Source: Octopus sinensis
Lineage: Eukaryota
DNA length: 47,992 nucleotides
Reading direction: 5' to 3'
Assembly (NCBI RefSeq): GCF_006345805.1
Contig: NW_021834887.1
Span: 1-47,992, forward strand
The translations under genes and the position numbers were made by a program. This document shows positions 27,143-38,828 of this stretch, piece after piece; the stretch's first letter is position 1, and the number at the start of each line of letters is the position of its first letter. The notes below the pieces were generated by a model. That model was not told where the DNA came from and searched no databases. It saw only the letters and a program-made list of their open reading frames with translations.

Positions 27143-27148
<6 letters not shown>
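26303..27148 (-). mobile_element. Internally deleted Tc1/mariner-superfamily (DD37D/maT-like) transposon
   Basis: Imperfect TIRs (ta-cagtgtgcagtgaataaattgtcg / cgacaatttactcatctgtg-ta). Reading NIMVFGVIASDG..PPF..GLRLNTKAYIKCLEELVLPWVKRV..RPYVWQHD; the N-terminal HTH joins directly to the catalytic region. Confidence 0.8.
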
Positions 27149-27213
<65 letters not shown>

Positions 27214-27225
27214 TCACTCACGCGC

Positions 27226-27287
<62 letters not shown>

Positions 27288-28366
27288 CACACACACACAC
27301 ACATGCACAAATACTATCCCCTCACACAAACCAATATACCATATAAATTTATGCTGAAATAATTGAAAGTATGATATTAACATGTTATAAACAATTGCAA
27401 TAAATCAAATCATTATATTTTGACAGGCATATTATACAACAATACAGAAGAATGAATATTTTCAAAAACAATGGTTTTGGTGTCATCATTTTACCACAAT
27501 TTTTATAATCGAATTTGGTTTTCATGTTAATGATTCTTCTTTCACCTAACAGAAGAAAATATAGAGAAGTAGGGCAATAAAACAATATAATATCTGGCTC
27601 ATATTTAAGTACAGTATATTAGTGGTATCTCAGTGTGGATCTTATTGCAGTAGTTCGTTCATTCGTTTGTTTGTTCGACGCAACATCTATATTCTGCTGT
27701 GTGATGTAGAAAACAATACAATGATAGGAATATGATTAGGTTACAGAAATTGAATATACGAGTTAATTAGATGAGATTTAAACAAAGAGAAGAAACAGAA
27801 AGCATTTGGAAATGTCATTTCGGAGTGGCTAGAAGCAGCAATATAGTAAACAGGAACCAGTTCGTATTATATACATCACTATAAGCATGTAAAGCGCTCC
27901 CTGTCCACACAGACAAATAAACAAAAATGACCCAAACATACACTTCAAGTCCATGCATGTAAATGGGTAAGCATATGTATATGTATATACATACACACTC
28001 ACACACACATCCACACATCCACACACACATTCAATATATCGTTGTAGTTGTGATTGTGATAGCCCATACCATAACAGTGTCGGAAGTGCAGAGTGAGAAT
28101 ACAGAAGGACTCTAATGAGATTAACTCAACTTCAGGAGATTTAACAGCACAAAGCAAACGACTTAATAAGGTCTACTTTTTAATGGCTGATATTTTTCAT
28201 GGTAAATCACCTACGCATAAGATAATGTAATTAAATATTTTATAAACAAACTTTGTTTTAACTTTCATTATACATAATACATACATGTATGTATGTATAT
28301 ATGTATGTATGTATGTCTACATACGTATGTATGTATGTATGTCTACATACGTATGTATGTAGACAG

Positions 28367-28848
28367 ACATAGTTGTGGTTTAGCTTCCCCGCCAAAAAGC
28401 ATGCTAAGACTTAGTGGAAACTGATACTGCATATAATATTTGCTGCAGCATATTAAATTTATAAATTCATAAATGAGGGTGAAAAATTAGAAATTAATTT
28501 AATAATACCATCAGTTTAACACCAAGTGGCCTAGCACATAAAATGTTATTTCTTTTGTGGAAACAACTTCGGTGGCTATACCAGAATAAGGAGCTATTTC
28601 TAGCACTAGAGTTAACCACTTAACGTTAACTCTCTTATATTTACGTATAAATTTGTACTGTCTCCCTGGTTTTTTATGTGCTAGGCCACTTGGTGTTAAA
28701 CTGATGGTATTATTAAATTAATATCTAATTTTTCACCCTCATTTATGAATTTATAAATTTAATATGCTGCAGCAAATATTATATGCAGTATCAGTTTCCA
28801 CTAAGTCTTAGCATGCTTTTTGGCGGGGAAGCTAAACCACAACTATGT
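28367..28848. repeat. Long inverted repeat: 177-bp arms (28367-28543 and 28672-28848), 128-bp spacer
   Basis: The arms are reverse complements with one mismatch that I could find (agaaatt vs agatatt). Confidence 0.95.
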
Positions 28849-29037
28849 ATGCAATCGATCAGACCGCACGGGTATTTATCGCCCGTGAGGGTCTGATAAA
28901 TTGAATCGAGGACAAATGCTGCCGATGACTTATAGACAAATATGTGAGTATAATTGCATATTATGTTGATAAAGAAACAATTGTTCAGCATTAATCTATC
29001 TTTTCGTTGTATTTCGCTTTCCTTACGTTGAAGGTAA

Positions 29038-29245
29038 TGTTATTTCTTTTGTGGAAACAATTTCGGTGGCTATACCAGAATAAGGAGCTATTTCTAGCAC
29101 TAGAGTTAACCACTTAACGTTAACTCTCTTATATTTACGTATAAATTTGTACTGTCTCCCTGGTTTTTTTATGTGCTAGGCCACTTGGTGTTAAACTGAT
29201 GGTATTATTAAATTAATATCTAATTTTTCACCCTCATTTATGAAT
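29038..29245. repeat. Direct copy of the spacer plus the first ~75 bp of the right arm (28544-28750)
   Basis: Near-identical at an offset of 494-495 bp; ends in a (TA)n tract. Confidence 0.95.
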
Positions 29246-29673
29246 ATATATATATATATATATATACTACCCTATTTAAGTAGATTACAAAGGACAAGAT
29301 CATGCGTGTACAAGGGAAATATAATAAAAATAAATATAAGGGTGTAAATATGTTTTTAATACCTACAGTAACTGCAACATTATCTATAATTACAGTAATA
29401 ATACTCAGTTAATGATAAATCAGATGCAAAACTAAGCTACACAACTGTGTGTTTGTGTGTTTATGTGTGTGTCCGTGCCCCTGTCTGTCTATAAGTATGT
29501 GCATATGACAGTGTATATATATATATATATATATATAAATATATATATAATTATAACAATAAGGGTTATTTGCAACAAGTTGCTTAACCACATACCGAAA
29601 ATTTTATATATATATATAAAACTATAGACATATATATATATATTTATAGAACTATAGACACACACACACACAC

Positions 29674-29731
<58 letters not shown>

Positions 29732-30702
29732 TATATATATATATATACATACATATGTATGTATATATATGTTATGTGTATAGGTAGATAGATTGGTAAT
29801 TATGAGCTGATAATATTTTCAAATGCACACACACACACACAGATACTCTGCCCACCCTTCTATTCAATGACGTTTTCTGTTACGTTGAAGAACGTGACAT
29901 AGGAAAGGAATGTCGATATAAGTAGAAAAAATATATGAAAATAAGACACAAAGAACACGACAATATTGAGAACAACAAACGAGAAAAGAACTGAAACGGA
30001 AACATAAAAAAAAGAGGGACCCCCAACAGCAACAGAACATTTAAACAGCAACAATAACAAGCAGAAAGAAGAACAAAGATAAGACGGATTGTAAGTAATA
30101 GCAAAATTGAAAATATAAGTGATTGAAATAAGAGTAAAGATATATTGATTACAACAAAAACGATAATGATAAATATAAATAGCAGCTGAACAATAGAAGG
30201 CAGTACAAACTTTAGATATAGCAACATATAGCTACGTACAGATATGCATACACACACTCAAGCATACATACAAATACACGCATACACACACATACAAACA
30301 TATATAAACACATACACACATATCATTTGATGTACACTGTACTACAATATGAGCTAATAGGAGTTTCAGGCTCTGAGCTCATGTTTTGTTCTATTTGAAA
30401 AATATAACAAGCCACGGACTCAGAGCATAAAGGGTAGTTTGGAGACACAAGGTACGTTATAAAAACCTATCTAACAACGTGTCTTCATGTCAAGAAACTA
30501 TAAATAGTTCTTATTTTAATACCATGTATATTAAAAGATATTTATATTTCACACCGGATGGAATATCTGTTGTTTGATTTGTAACAGAACAGTAAACTAT
30601 ATATCCATATTCATATATATATATATATATATATATATTATTATAGATATATATATATATATTATATGCTATATATATATATATATATATCTATAATATA
30701 GA

Positions 30703-30743
<41 letters not shown>

Positions 30744-30749
<6 letters not shown>

Positions 30750-30984
30750 TACACACTATGAGAGAGAATCCACTATATGGAACGCTCTTACGCTAGATAG
30801 ATCCGCAAGGGACTCAACCACTAAGAATTGTTCTCACAAAATAATTCAACACACCAAGTGTTGAATTATTGGTTCGTTGAATTATTTCTTGAGAACAATG
30901 CTTAGTGGTTGAGTCCCTTTGCCGATCTATATCTGCGTAAGAGCTTCCATATAGTGGATTCTCTCTCATTGTTGTGTATTAATA
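30744..30984. mobile_element. Foldback MITE with about 105-bp arms
   Basis: taatacac..tgagagagaatccactatatggaa...ataattcaac paired with gttgaattat...ttccatatagtggattctctctca..gtgtatta, embedded in (TA)n. Confidence 0.8.
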
Positions 30985-31733
30985 CTATTTACTGAATCTC
31001 AGTCTTTATACGCAAGGCGCTGGTTTTTAAATTGATATTATAACTTAATATCCAATTTTTCACCCTTTTTTTGACTATATATATATATATATAATATATA
31101 TATATAATATATATAATATAATATAATAATATATATATATATATATATATTTACATATATATATATATCTATTTAATAAATATATATAATATATTTATAT
31201 CAATATATAAATATATTCATTATATATGCAGCACTATGTATATTGTATATATGCGTGTGTGTGTATGTGTGTGTGAGTGCATGCGTGTGTGTACGTGAGT
31301 GCATGCGTGTATGTGTGTGTGTGTCACACACACTAGGTCACACGAGGCTACACTAGACCACAAGTGTCCACAACCACCAAATATTTTCGTTTCTCTGTCG
31401 CAGTACTCTTTTAGTCAAGTAATCCTTATACCGAGCACCACTTTTCCACGTGTTATGGAATGACAATGAGGGACGCAACACATATCACAATGCCAGGTTT
31501 TACACCGGCAAGCATTTAAAAACTTTTATGGACACATACACATATACACATGGTGTCATACACAGACTAATACATAGAATCATTTTCAAAAGTGTTTTTC
31601 AACCGAATATTATCTATAGCTTTATATGTACTCCGAGATTCCAAAAAGAGTGTTATTCCACGCTCTCTTGAATGTTCATAAAATTCTCATTAAACAACAT
31701 ATACATATACATACATAATACATACGTATAGTA

Positions 31734-31792
<59 letters not shown>

Positions 31793-31887
31793 ATCCAAAC
31801 AAGAAAACACAAAAAAAACACAACAACGCGAGGATGTGGAACAAATATAGTATTATTGGACGCTCAGGAATGAAGGGAAGAAGGGGG

Positions 31888-31922
31888 GTTTAACGTTTCG
31901 AGCGGAGCTCTTCCTCGGAAAC
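31888..31922 (-). ncRNA. Minimal hammerhead-like motif within a short Penelope-like terminal repeat remnant (about 31789-31991)
   Basis: Minus strand GTTT-CCGAGGA-A-GAG-ctccg-CTC-GAAA-CG-TT-AAAC; one core change (U4 to C). Confidence 0.5.
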
Positions 31923-31988
31923 ATAGGAGAAGGAAAGATCCAGAGAAGGGAGACAGAGGAAAAAAAATCGCCAACGGTACACACGAGG

Positions 31989-32059
<71 letters not shown>

Positions 32060-32068
<9 letters not shown>

Positions 32069-32210
32069 TTAGAGACAAAACCACTATTTTGCAAAACAAA
32101 CAATGAAACATTGTAGTGGCGGTTTTTACTTTTCATAAAAATTTTATGTATTGATTAAGTCTTTCCTTGTATGTTTTGCAAAATGGTGGTTTTGTCTCTA
32201 ATTAATATTA
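32060..32210. mobile_element. MITE-like element with 39-bp TIRs
   Basis: taatattaattagagacaaaaccactattttgcaaaaca paired with tgttttgcaaaatggtggttttgtctctaattaatatta (1 mismatch). Confidence 0.75.
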
Positions 32211-32289
32211 TATAATATTTTACTATAAAATTGGATTTAATCCTAAATCTGATTTTTTCCCTGTAAATTTGGATTTATTCCCTAATATT

Positions 32290-32342
<53 letters not shown>

Positions 32343-32560
32343 CAGCACAGTATAGATAGACCAGACTATCAAATGTTGTTGTACACCGTTGATCACAGTG
32401 CGCTTTCTCATTGTGTTAGCTCCCGAATGATGCCACCACAGTGCTTATACGGGAAGACCTATATTACTCTTAAATGGAACCCTGGTTTGTAGCAGGGGCC
32501 TCCATTTTCAGTTGGGTGGATTGTAATACATACCTTCATACATACCTACATACATATATA

Positions 32561-32621
<61 letters not shown>

Positions 32622-32813
32622 TACATAAATACATGCCTATATACATATGTACAAACACGCAAACAACATTTATCAATCAACAAATTGAGAAGGGAGAGCA
32701 ATGTTACTGGAGGGTAGAACATAAAACTTTGCGTCTTTTCTATTCCTGAAAATGGATTTTTCATGGCTTAGCAGGATTTTGGCTTTTACTGTTTTTTTTG
32801 TATTTTACTGTAC

Positions 32814-32933
32814 CTGGCGTTTATATCGACTACCCCACAGGCAACCTCGACACAACCCGGTGGTACAGTGCCAATAAGTGCTAACCATGCTTGGTATTCA
32901 GCTGTTTTAACATCGCCTGTCTGGCGCTTCGAT
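32814..32933 (-). CDS. PTH-like precursor cassette exon 2b: (x)SKR-QTGDVKTAEYQAWLALIGTVPPGCVEVACGVVDINA(S)
   Basis: Acceptor gtgttgttttacctatttacag|A and donor CAG|GTACAG; 120 bp, phase 2-2. Dibasic site, N-terminal Gln and C-x4-C motif; paralogous to exons 2a and 3. Confidence 0.9.
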
Positions 32934-33574
32934 CTGTAAATAGGTAAAACAACACACAAATGGACATCAACAATAATGACAGAACAATTTGACAGGTCGA
33001 TAAGAAACAAACGTTATAAATACGAGAAGGAATGCGAAGGAAAATTGCACATATCAACGTAAAAGGTAATGACAACAAAATAAAATCAATACTGCTTTTT
33101 GTAATAACATAACAATTATAATGTGACCAACTATGTGAAATGTGAGGAACGGGTATCATTGGATAAAGATAACTATAGAAGAGGCAATGGAGTTTTACTG
33201 GAAATGGAGGTGGTTGGTAGGGTAGCACGATATTCCTTTAACAAATGGTCGAAATATTTACTTAAATATTACTATATACACGTGCATATGCGTGTATGTG
33301 TGCGTAAAATGGCCATATATATATACTTGTACATTAATATCTGTGTATATGCATATACTATTTATATGCATTAAATGATCTATGGAAATTGAACTCCGAG
33401 TCTGCTGTAATGTGTATAGCCGTGTTAACTACGACACAAGAGTGATAAATTATTTAGCTACCTAAATCAGAAGTTTAACCAAGCCATATTAGCGGCTTAT
33501 GAAGTGTGAACCTCAGCCCACACAGTATGAAGGTAGAGTACTATGTATAATATACATATATAAGCGTGTGTGTG

Positions 33575-33623
<49 letters not shown>

Positions 33624-33851
33624 AATATTTATGAATGAAATGGTACAAAAATTTGAACTGTAAAAATTGAATCTATCATTGCTACGTTATTAATTATTGG
33701 TATAACACAAAACACGAAAAAAAATATTAACAATGTAATGCATTGACCATTTACTTAAGGATTTGAGGCGGGTAAGTGAGAAAGGGCTTTGGTTTAGGTC
33801 TTGACTAGGTAAAAGGATAGTGTTTGGGGGTTGAACTAGAGCTTACTATAC

Positions 33852-33965
33852 CTCTTTTCAATATCAACTAACCCACACGCTACCTGGGTGCAGGTAATGT
33901 TTCTGGACAATGCCATCAGTGCCCGATACTCAGCCGCTCGCATATCAGCTAGCTGTCGTTTAAAT
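33852..33965 (-). CDS. PTH-like precursor cassette exon 2a: (x)FKR-QLADMRAAEYRALMALSRNITCTQVACGLVDIEK(S/R)
   Basis: Acceptor atttctacaacccctgcttacag|A and donor GAG|GTATAG; 114 bp, phase 2-2. Clear protein similarity to exon 2b (KRQxxD..AEY.A..AL....C..VACG.VDI). Confidence 0.88.
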
Positions 33966-34228
33966 CTGTAAGCAGGGGTTGTAGAAATGCATGCATTACA
34001 TAAGGTGTTCTGTTACATATTCTCTTTATATCATACATAGCTTGAACACTTTTCAAAAATATGATCCATATACCGAAATATATTTTTATGTCAAAATTGA
34101 ATCCATTACTTTTCATACAGTGTCTGACTTAACGAGAATTGTTTATAGTTGCTAAGCCTGGACCACTGCACAAATTAGCTTAACAGTCTGTGGGTTACGT
34201 AACATTTTCTACTTAGCTAATGGATACC

Positions 34229-34459
34229 TATTTTTTTATTACCCACAAGGGGCCAAACACAGAGGGAACAAACAAGGACAGACATAGGTATTAAGTCGAT
34301 TACATCGACCCCAGTGTGTAACTGGTACTTAATTTATCGACTCCGAAAGGATGAAAGGCAAAGTCGACCTCGGCGGAATTTGAACTCACAACGTAACGCA
34401 GACGAAATACCGCCAAGCATTTCGCCCGGCGTGCTAACGTTTCTGTCAGCTCGCCGCCT
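34229..34459 (-). mobile_element. tRNA-derived SINE (family 2)
   Basis: Minus-strand head aggcggcgagctgacagaaacgttagc...gagttcaaattccgcc, followed by the gtcgactttgcctttcatcctttcgg core. Confidence 0.85.
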
Positions 34460-34520
34460 TAGCTAATGGATAACATTTACTTAACTCATCAACCCTGTTC
34501 TCGGTGCTAGTCACTTAAGC

Positions 34521-34557
34521 AGACGCTGACGAGGGCGAGACAGCTTGAAGCTCGTCT
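34521..34557 (+). ncRNA. Degenerate minimal hammerhead-like motif
   Basis: AGACG-CTGACGA-GGGC-gagaca-GCTT-GAA-GCT-CGTCT. Intact CUGACGA and a 5-bp stem I, but the GAAA/NUH segment is one base short. Confidence 0.35.
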
Positions 34558-37500
34558 TCTTGTCTCCTTGTCCGTGTTTGTTCATCGTTTGGTTGCATAC
34601 ACTGAAGGCCTATTCCACAACTGATCCCAACATAATTTCAGCAAAGCACATGACTGGAACACTTAAAAGTATTTTTAAATGTTTTAATTCTATAATTATC
34701 CTTCGTGATACAGACTTCTTTTAAAATATGTTCAAATTTATACAAATCATGAGTCTATAAACAGAGCAATTTGACTGAACATAATCTTTGTTTATTTTTT
34801 GTTTTGTCACATACCTAGTTAGTTTTTCATCTGTCGTTAAAATCCGTATTGATCCATACATACTAATGGTTTAAAAAATTTTTCTCTTGATACCTGAAAT
34901 TGTTTTCGTTATTTAATTTCCAATGATAAGCTCTAATTCTTTCATTACATCTATGTGTATGCATTCAAAGTATCTTGCAATCTATAAGTTTCGTCTCTGA
35001 GTTCTCTTAAGTTCAAATCCGATTGGGATCTACTTTGATTTTGTTCCTGATAAAATAAGTACATGTCAAACATTGCAGTAGATTAAATCAACACTGATAT
35101 CATAAACTGTATGGCTTTAAGTTACAGTTGTTGGTAATTACCATTTACTGCCTCCCTTCTACTTAAGTTCACAACGCAGGCAAAACCCCATATAAATTTA
35201 TGTTCGATTATAAACTCGTATTTTAGGTAAACGATATACATTGTATATAAGGCTTAAACATTTATTTTATCTCTCGGCTTGTAAACATACATTCGCACAT
35301 TCATACATACATGCACATGTGTATATGTACATAAGTTTATATATCTGTATATATGTATGTATGTCTAGTAAGTTTGCTTTCTAATCACACTTCTCCTGTG
35401 CCTCAGATGCATCCAAACCTTTCGAAATTCCATAGACAGAAACTGTGTAGAAGCCGTCGGATGAACTGTATTTTCTAAGGAGGAAACTTAATCCAACGAC
35501 CGACGAATATCACTTGGTTGGCTTTTCACTTTGTTGCATGCATTCGGTCTGCATTCAGTAATGCCTAGCAAAAAAGGCATGACCACTGCTATTTCTCTTA
35601 CATAGACGTAACAAAATGTGAGAGGCTAATATGATACAATTATATGTATAATGTAAATAAGTGAATTATTACAGGTATCTTTAAAGGGCTAATGATTTGG
35701 TTCAGGGCCCGTATAAATAACGAGCTTCCCAGTGTCCCTAACAGCAGAATACCTTCAAAAATTCAGTTAAACAAGCAGTAGTAGGTCGATCTGTAAGGAA
35801 AATACCTCTGTTTCACTTACACTTACTCGACTTCGTGGGATGAGAAGGAGAAAGAGAAAGAGAAAGAGAGAGGAAGGGAGAGAGAGAGACGATGGGAAGA
35901 CAGTGGGCTTCTCTCTACCGTACGTAATATTCGTAAATCTATGATTTACTTTGAGTTGCCTGGAACCTTTACTGAAAGCAAGCACAAAATATTTAAATGA
36001 TGATTCGGGGTCATACTTTTTAACACTGTTAAGCGAATTTGACCTGACCGAGTGCTCTGTCACACTTCAAATTCATGATCAAGAGCCTACTTGCCTGATT
36101 ACAAAAAACAAGTGTAATCAAGTGTGTGTGTGCGCGCGCTTTGTAATTCCAATTCTACATATATACAATTATCAGTACTTTCTTCGTTTTTGAGAATTAT
36201 TCTCCTTTAAGCTTTCTTGCAATTTCCGTTATGCATCATACAATAAAAGCAGTATGTGTTTTAATGCCAGCGCAGAGATAATGCATTGAAACCGTAAAGT
36301 GTCGGCATTCTCAGCCAATTGTAACACATATTATAGCTGACTTATATGTCATCTTCCTATGTGATAAATCAAGTGAGTTATTAGATGTACGCAATTTCTG
36401 GCATTAATCAATAAACAGCTATTTCTATTCCTAAGCATCGAAACATTCTTCAAGAGTCTAAACATGGAGAACGTAAATTCCTCTTCAGGTTATATTTTTT
36501 ATTTAATATATTTTAATACCCAACTTATTACTCTGACTATGTTTGGCTAATTAAAATCATAAAGATCTCAAAAAATTGCATCACTGTGATCGATTTTGTC
36601 TGGATTGTAAGCTACAGATTTCATGCAGTGGCCTTTATGCTTTTAGTCATTCATAGCTGCTTCGTATCTTAGTAAGTAAATTTGAGTTTCCTGTTGCATT
36701 TGTAGCCTTTTATTGTTAGTTAATTATGTTTATCAGCTAATTAAGTACCATTGAAAAAAATCAATACGCAAGTGACAAAGAAAGTAAAATCTTTCCAAAC
36801 ACACATATAGTATATGTACTCTTTTACTTGTTTTAGCCATGAAGTTGCGGTCATGCTGGAGCATCGCATGCATACATACATACGTACACGCACACACACA
36901 CAAACATATATATATATATATATACATTCATACATACATGCTTAGTTTATTGTCATTCACCTGTATTACAAGATCGTAATGTTGCTTTCTGAACATCTTG
37001 CCGTAACTAAAAATCTGTGACATAATATACTTCTCCATTGAATTCCAAGATACATGGAAAGTATCTGGCAGAGATTTTTCTCGTCCGAAAAGAATCAAAA
37101 TATGTTCAGTTGGAGCGGATGCTTGAGTTTGTTCACAAGCTTCGTAGCGCGGTCTTTCCACTTGTCCTTGTTCGCTTGGAATAAAAATTAGCCGTTTCTC
37201 ATCTTGTATGAGGAATACCGAATGTCTTTATGCACTGTGTCGTTTTGCTTGTTTTGCTTTGTTTTCTTTGCTCTCGTCTCTAATTCTCGAGAAGAAAACC
37301 CTATTTTTGCGAGTAGCGCCAAGTGGGAAACACTCAGTCTTATCGGTGAAGGTGCGACACTGAATATTGGTCAATAACTGATGAAGAATTACGGATCTTC
37401 TGTTTGTCTCCCGTTCGTTTTTATATTCAGTATACGCTATGTCGTTTGTTTATTTACCTTACATTTTTTCCTTTCTTATATAGCGTCTTATAAAGCAAGA

Positions 37501-37769
37501 TTTATATATCCTAATTCTCGTTCGGGATGTTTAGCTTAACGGTAAAGCACTTGACACTTGACAGGGATGTGAATTCGAGTCTCATGGCTGGACACCGACA
37601 GATTTTTCTGTATAATGTCGATAGTTTATCCTGTTCATTCTATATTAATAGGATTATCCTGCGTCTGAGAATAAAATTATTTCCTTATCTGTATCTTTCA
37701 AACATCTCAACGCTTCTAAAGCAAACTTTGTTGACATTCAACGTAAGTTGAATTTAATATATACATATT

Positions 37770-38275
37770 TTTTTTTTTTTCAGTCATTTGAAAGCGGCCA
37801 TGCTGAAGCACCGCCTTTAATCGAACAAATCGACCCCAGGACTTATTCTTTGTAAGCCTAGTACTTAATCTAACTGCCTGAACCCGGAACCATGTGGTTG
37901 GTAGACAAGCTACTTACCACACAGCCGCGCTGTATGAGTTTGTATTATATATATAGAGAGAGAGGGATATAGATAGACAGACAGACAGACAGATAAATAT
38001 ATACATACATACATACATACATATACAACATACGTATATATATATACATATACATATATGTGTGTGTCTATGTATGTGTCTTTGTATTTATACTCTACCA
38101 TCGCTTTACAGCCAGTGTTGGTTTGTTTACGCCCCTGTTAATTAATGGTTCAGCCTAAGAGACCGATAGAATAAGTAGCAGACTTTTAAAAAAGATAAGC
38201 ACTTCGGTCGAGTGGTGCGGCTAAACCCTTCAAGGTGGTGCCCCAATATGGCCGCAGTTAAATGACTGAAAAATT
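37770..38275. mobile_element. Two SINE family 1 fragments in opposite orientation (about 37780-37930 minus; about 38100-38275 plus)
   Basis: Matches to the 3' half of 8678-9084. The first fragment is fused to a head fragment. Confidence 0.7.
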
Positions 38276-38828
38276 TAATATCAAGAATGTTCCAACTTAC
38301 TATAAGAAAGATTTTAGTTACTTTGTTCCTGACTTCGTGTTAGCTAATTCACACTGGTTACCGAATACTGGGTCATTGTTTGCTTTCTCTCATATGTTTT
38401 AACGATGCGTTTCTTAATTCCTCAACTAATCTTATGTTCACTTTAATTTGGCTTTGTAAGGCAGGTAAAGAAAAAAAGTAATGTCGGAGCTTTCCCTGTC
38501 TTGATATAAAGGCTATATCGAGCATAAGGATTAGCTGAATAAATAAACACATATATTTGACTGGTACTTTATCAATCAGGTTGGATGAAAAGCAATGATG
38601 AACTCAGTAGGGTTTGAAATCAAAATGTAAAGTATTTTGTTCAAAGTTCAAACGATTCTTGGAATTCACTGCAAGTTTCATCTTATATTATAGATTTTAT
38701 AATTTATTATTTTACATTAAAAATTGTATTAGTATTTAGAGTAATCTCTCGACTATCACAGGTGTTACGTTCTAAAACCCCGGCGATAGGTGAAAATACT
38801 TGAAGTAGAAACAGTACACTACCGTATA

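Noticed and set aside
27385-27546. Signal-peptide-like ORF MMTPKPLFLKIFILLYCCIICLS behind a good acceptor, a possible alternative first exon for exon 3
   Set aside because: No credible phase-2 donor (only CT|GTATTG or CT|GTCAAA), and the frame ends in a stop.
35754-36040. Splice-site-like signals around 35754-35820 and the ORF SNSLNSVKKYDPESSFKYF in intron 1
   Set aside because: The 38-nt candidate exon breaks frame and contains a stop; the longer one ends in phase 0, incompatible with the gene.
37377-37400. CTGATGAAG hammerhead-core-like word (also at 2201 and 4614)
   Set aside because: No downstream stem II, GAAA or NUH elements.
37525-37600. tRNA-like A/B box sequence
   Set aside because: No complete cloverleaf; it looks like a decayed SINE head. 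The same applies to the heads at 8678, 34459 and 45572.
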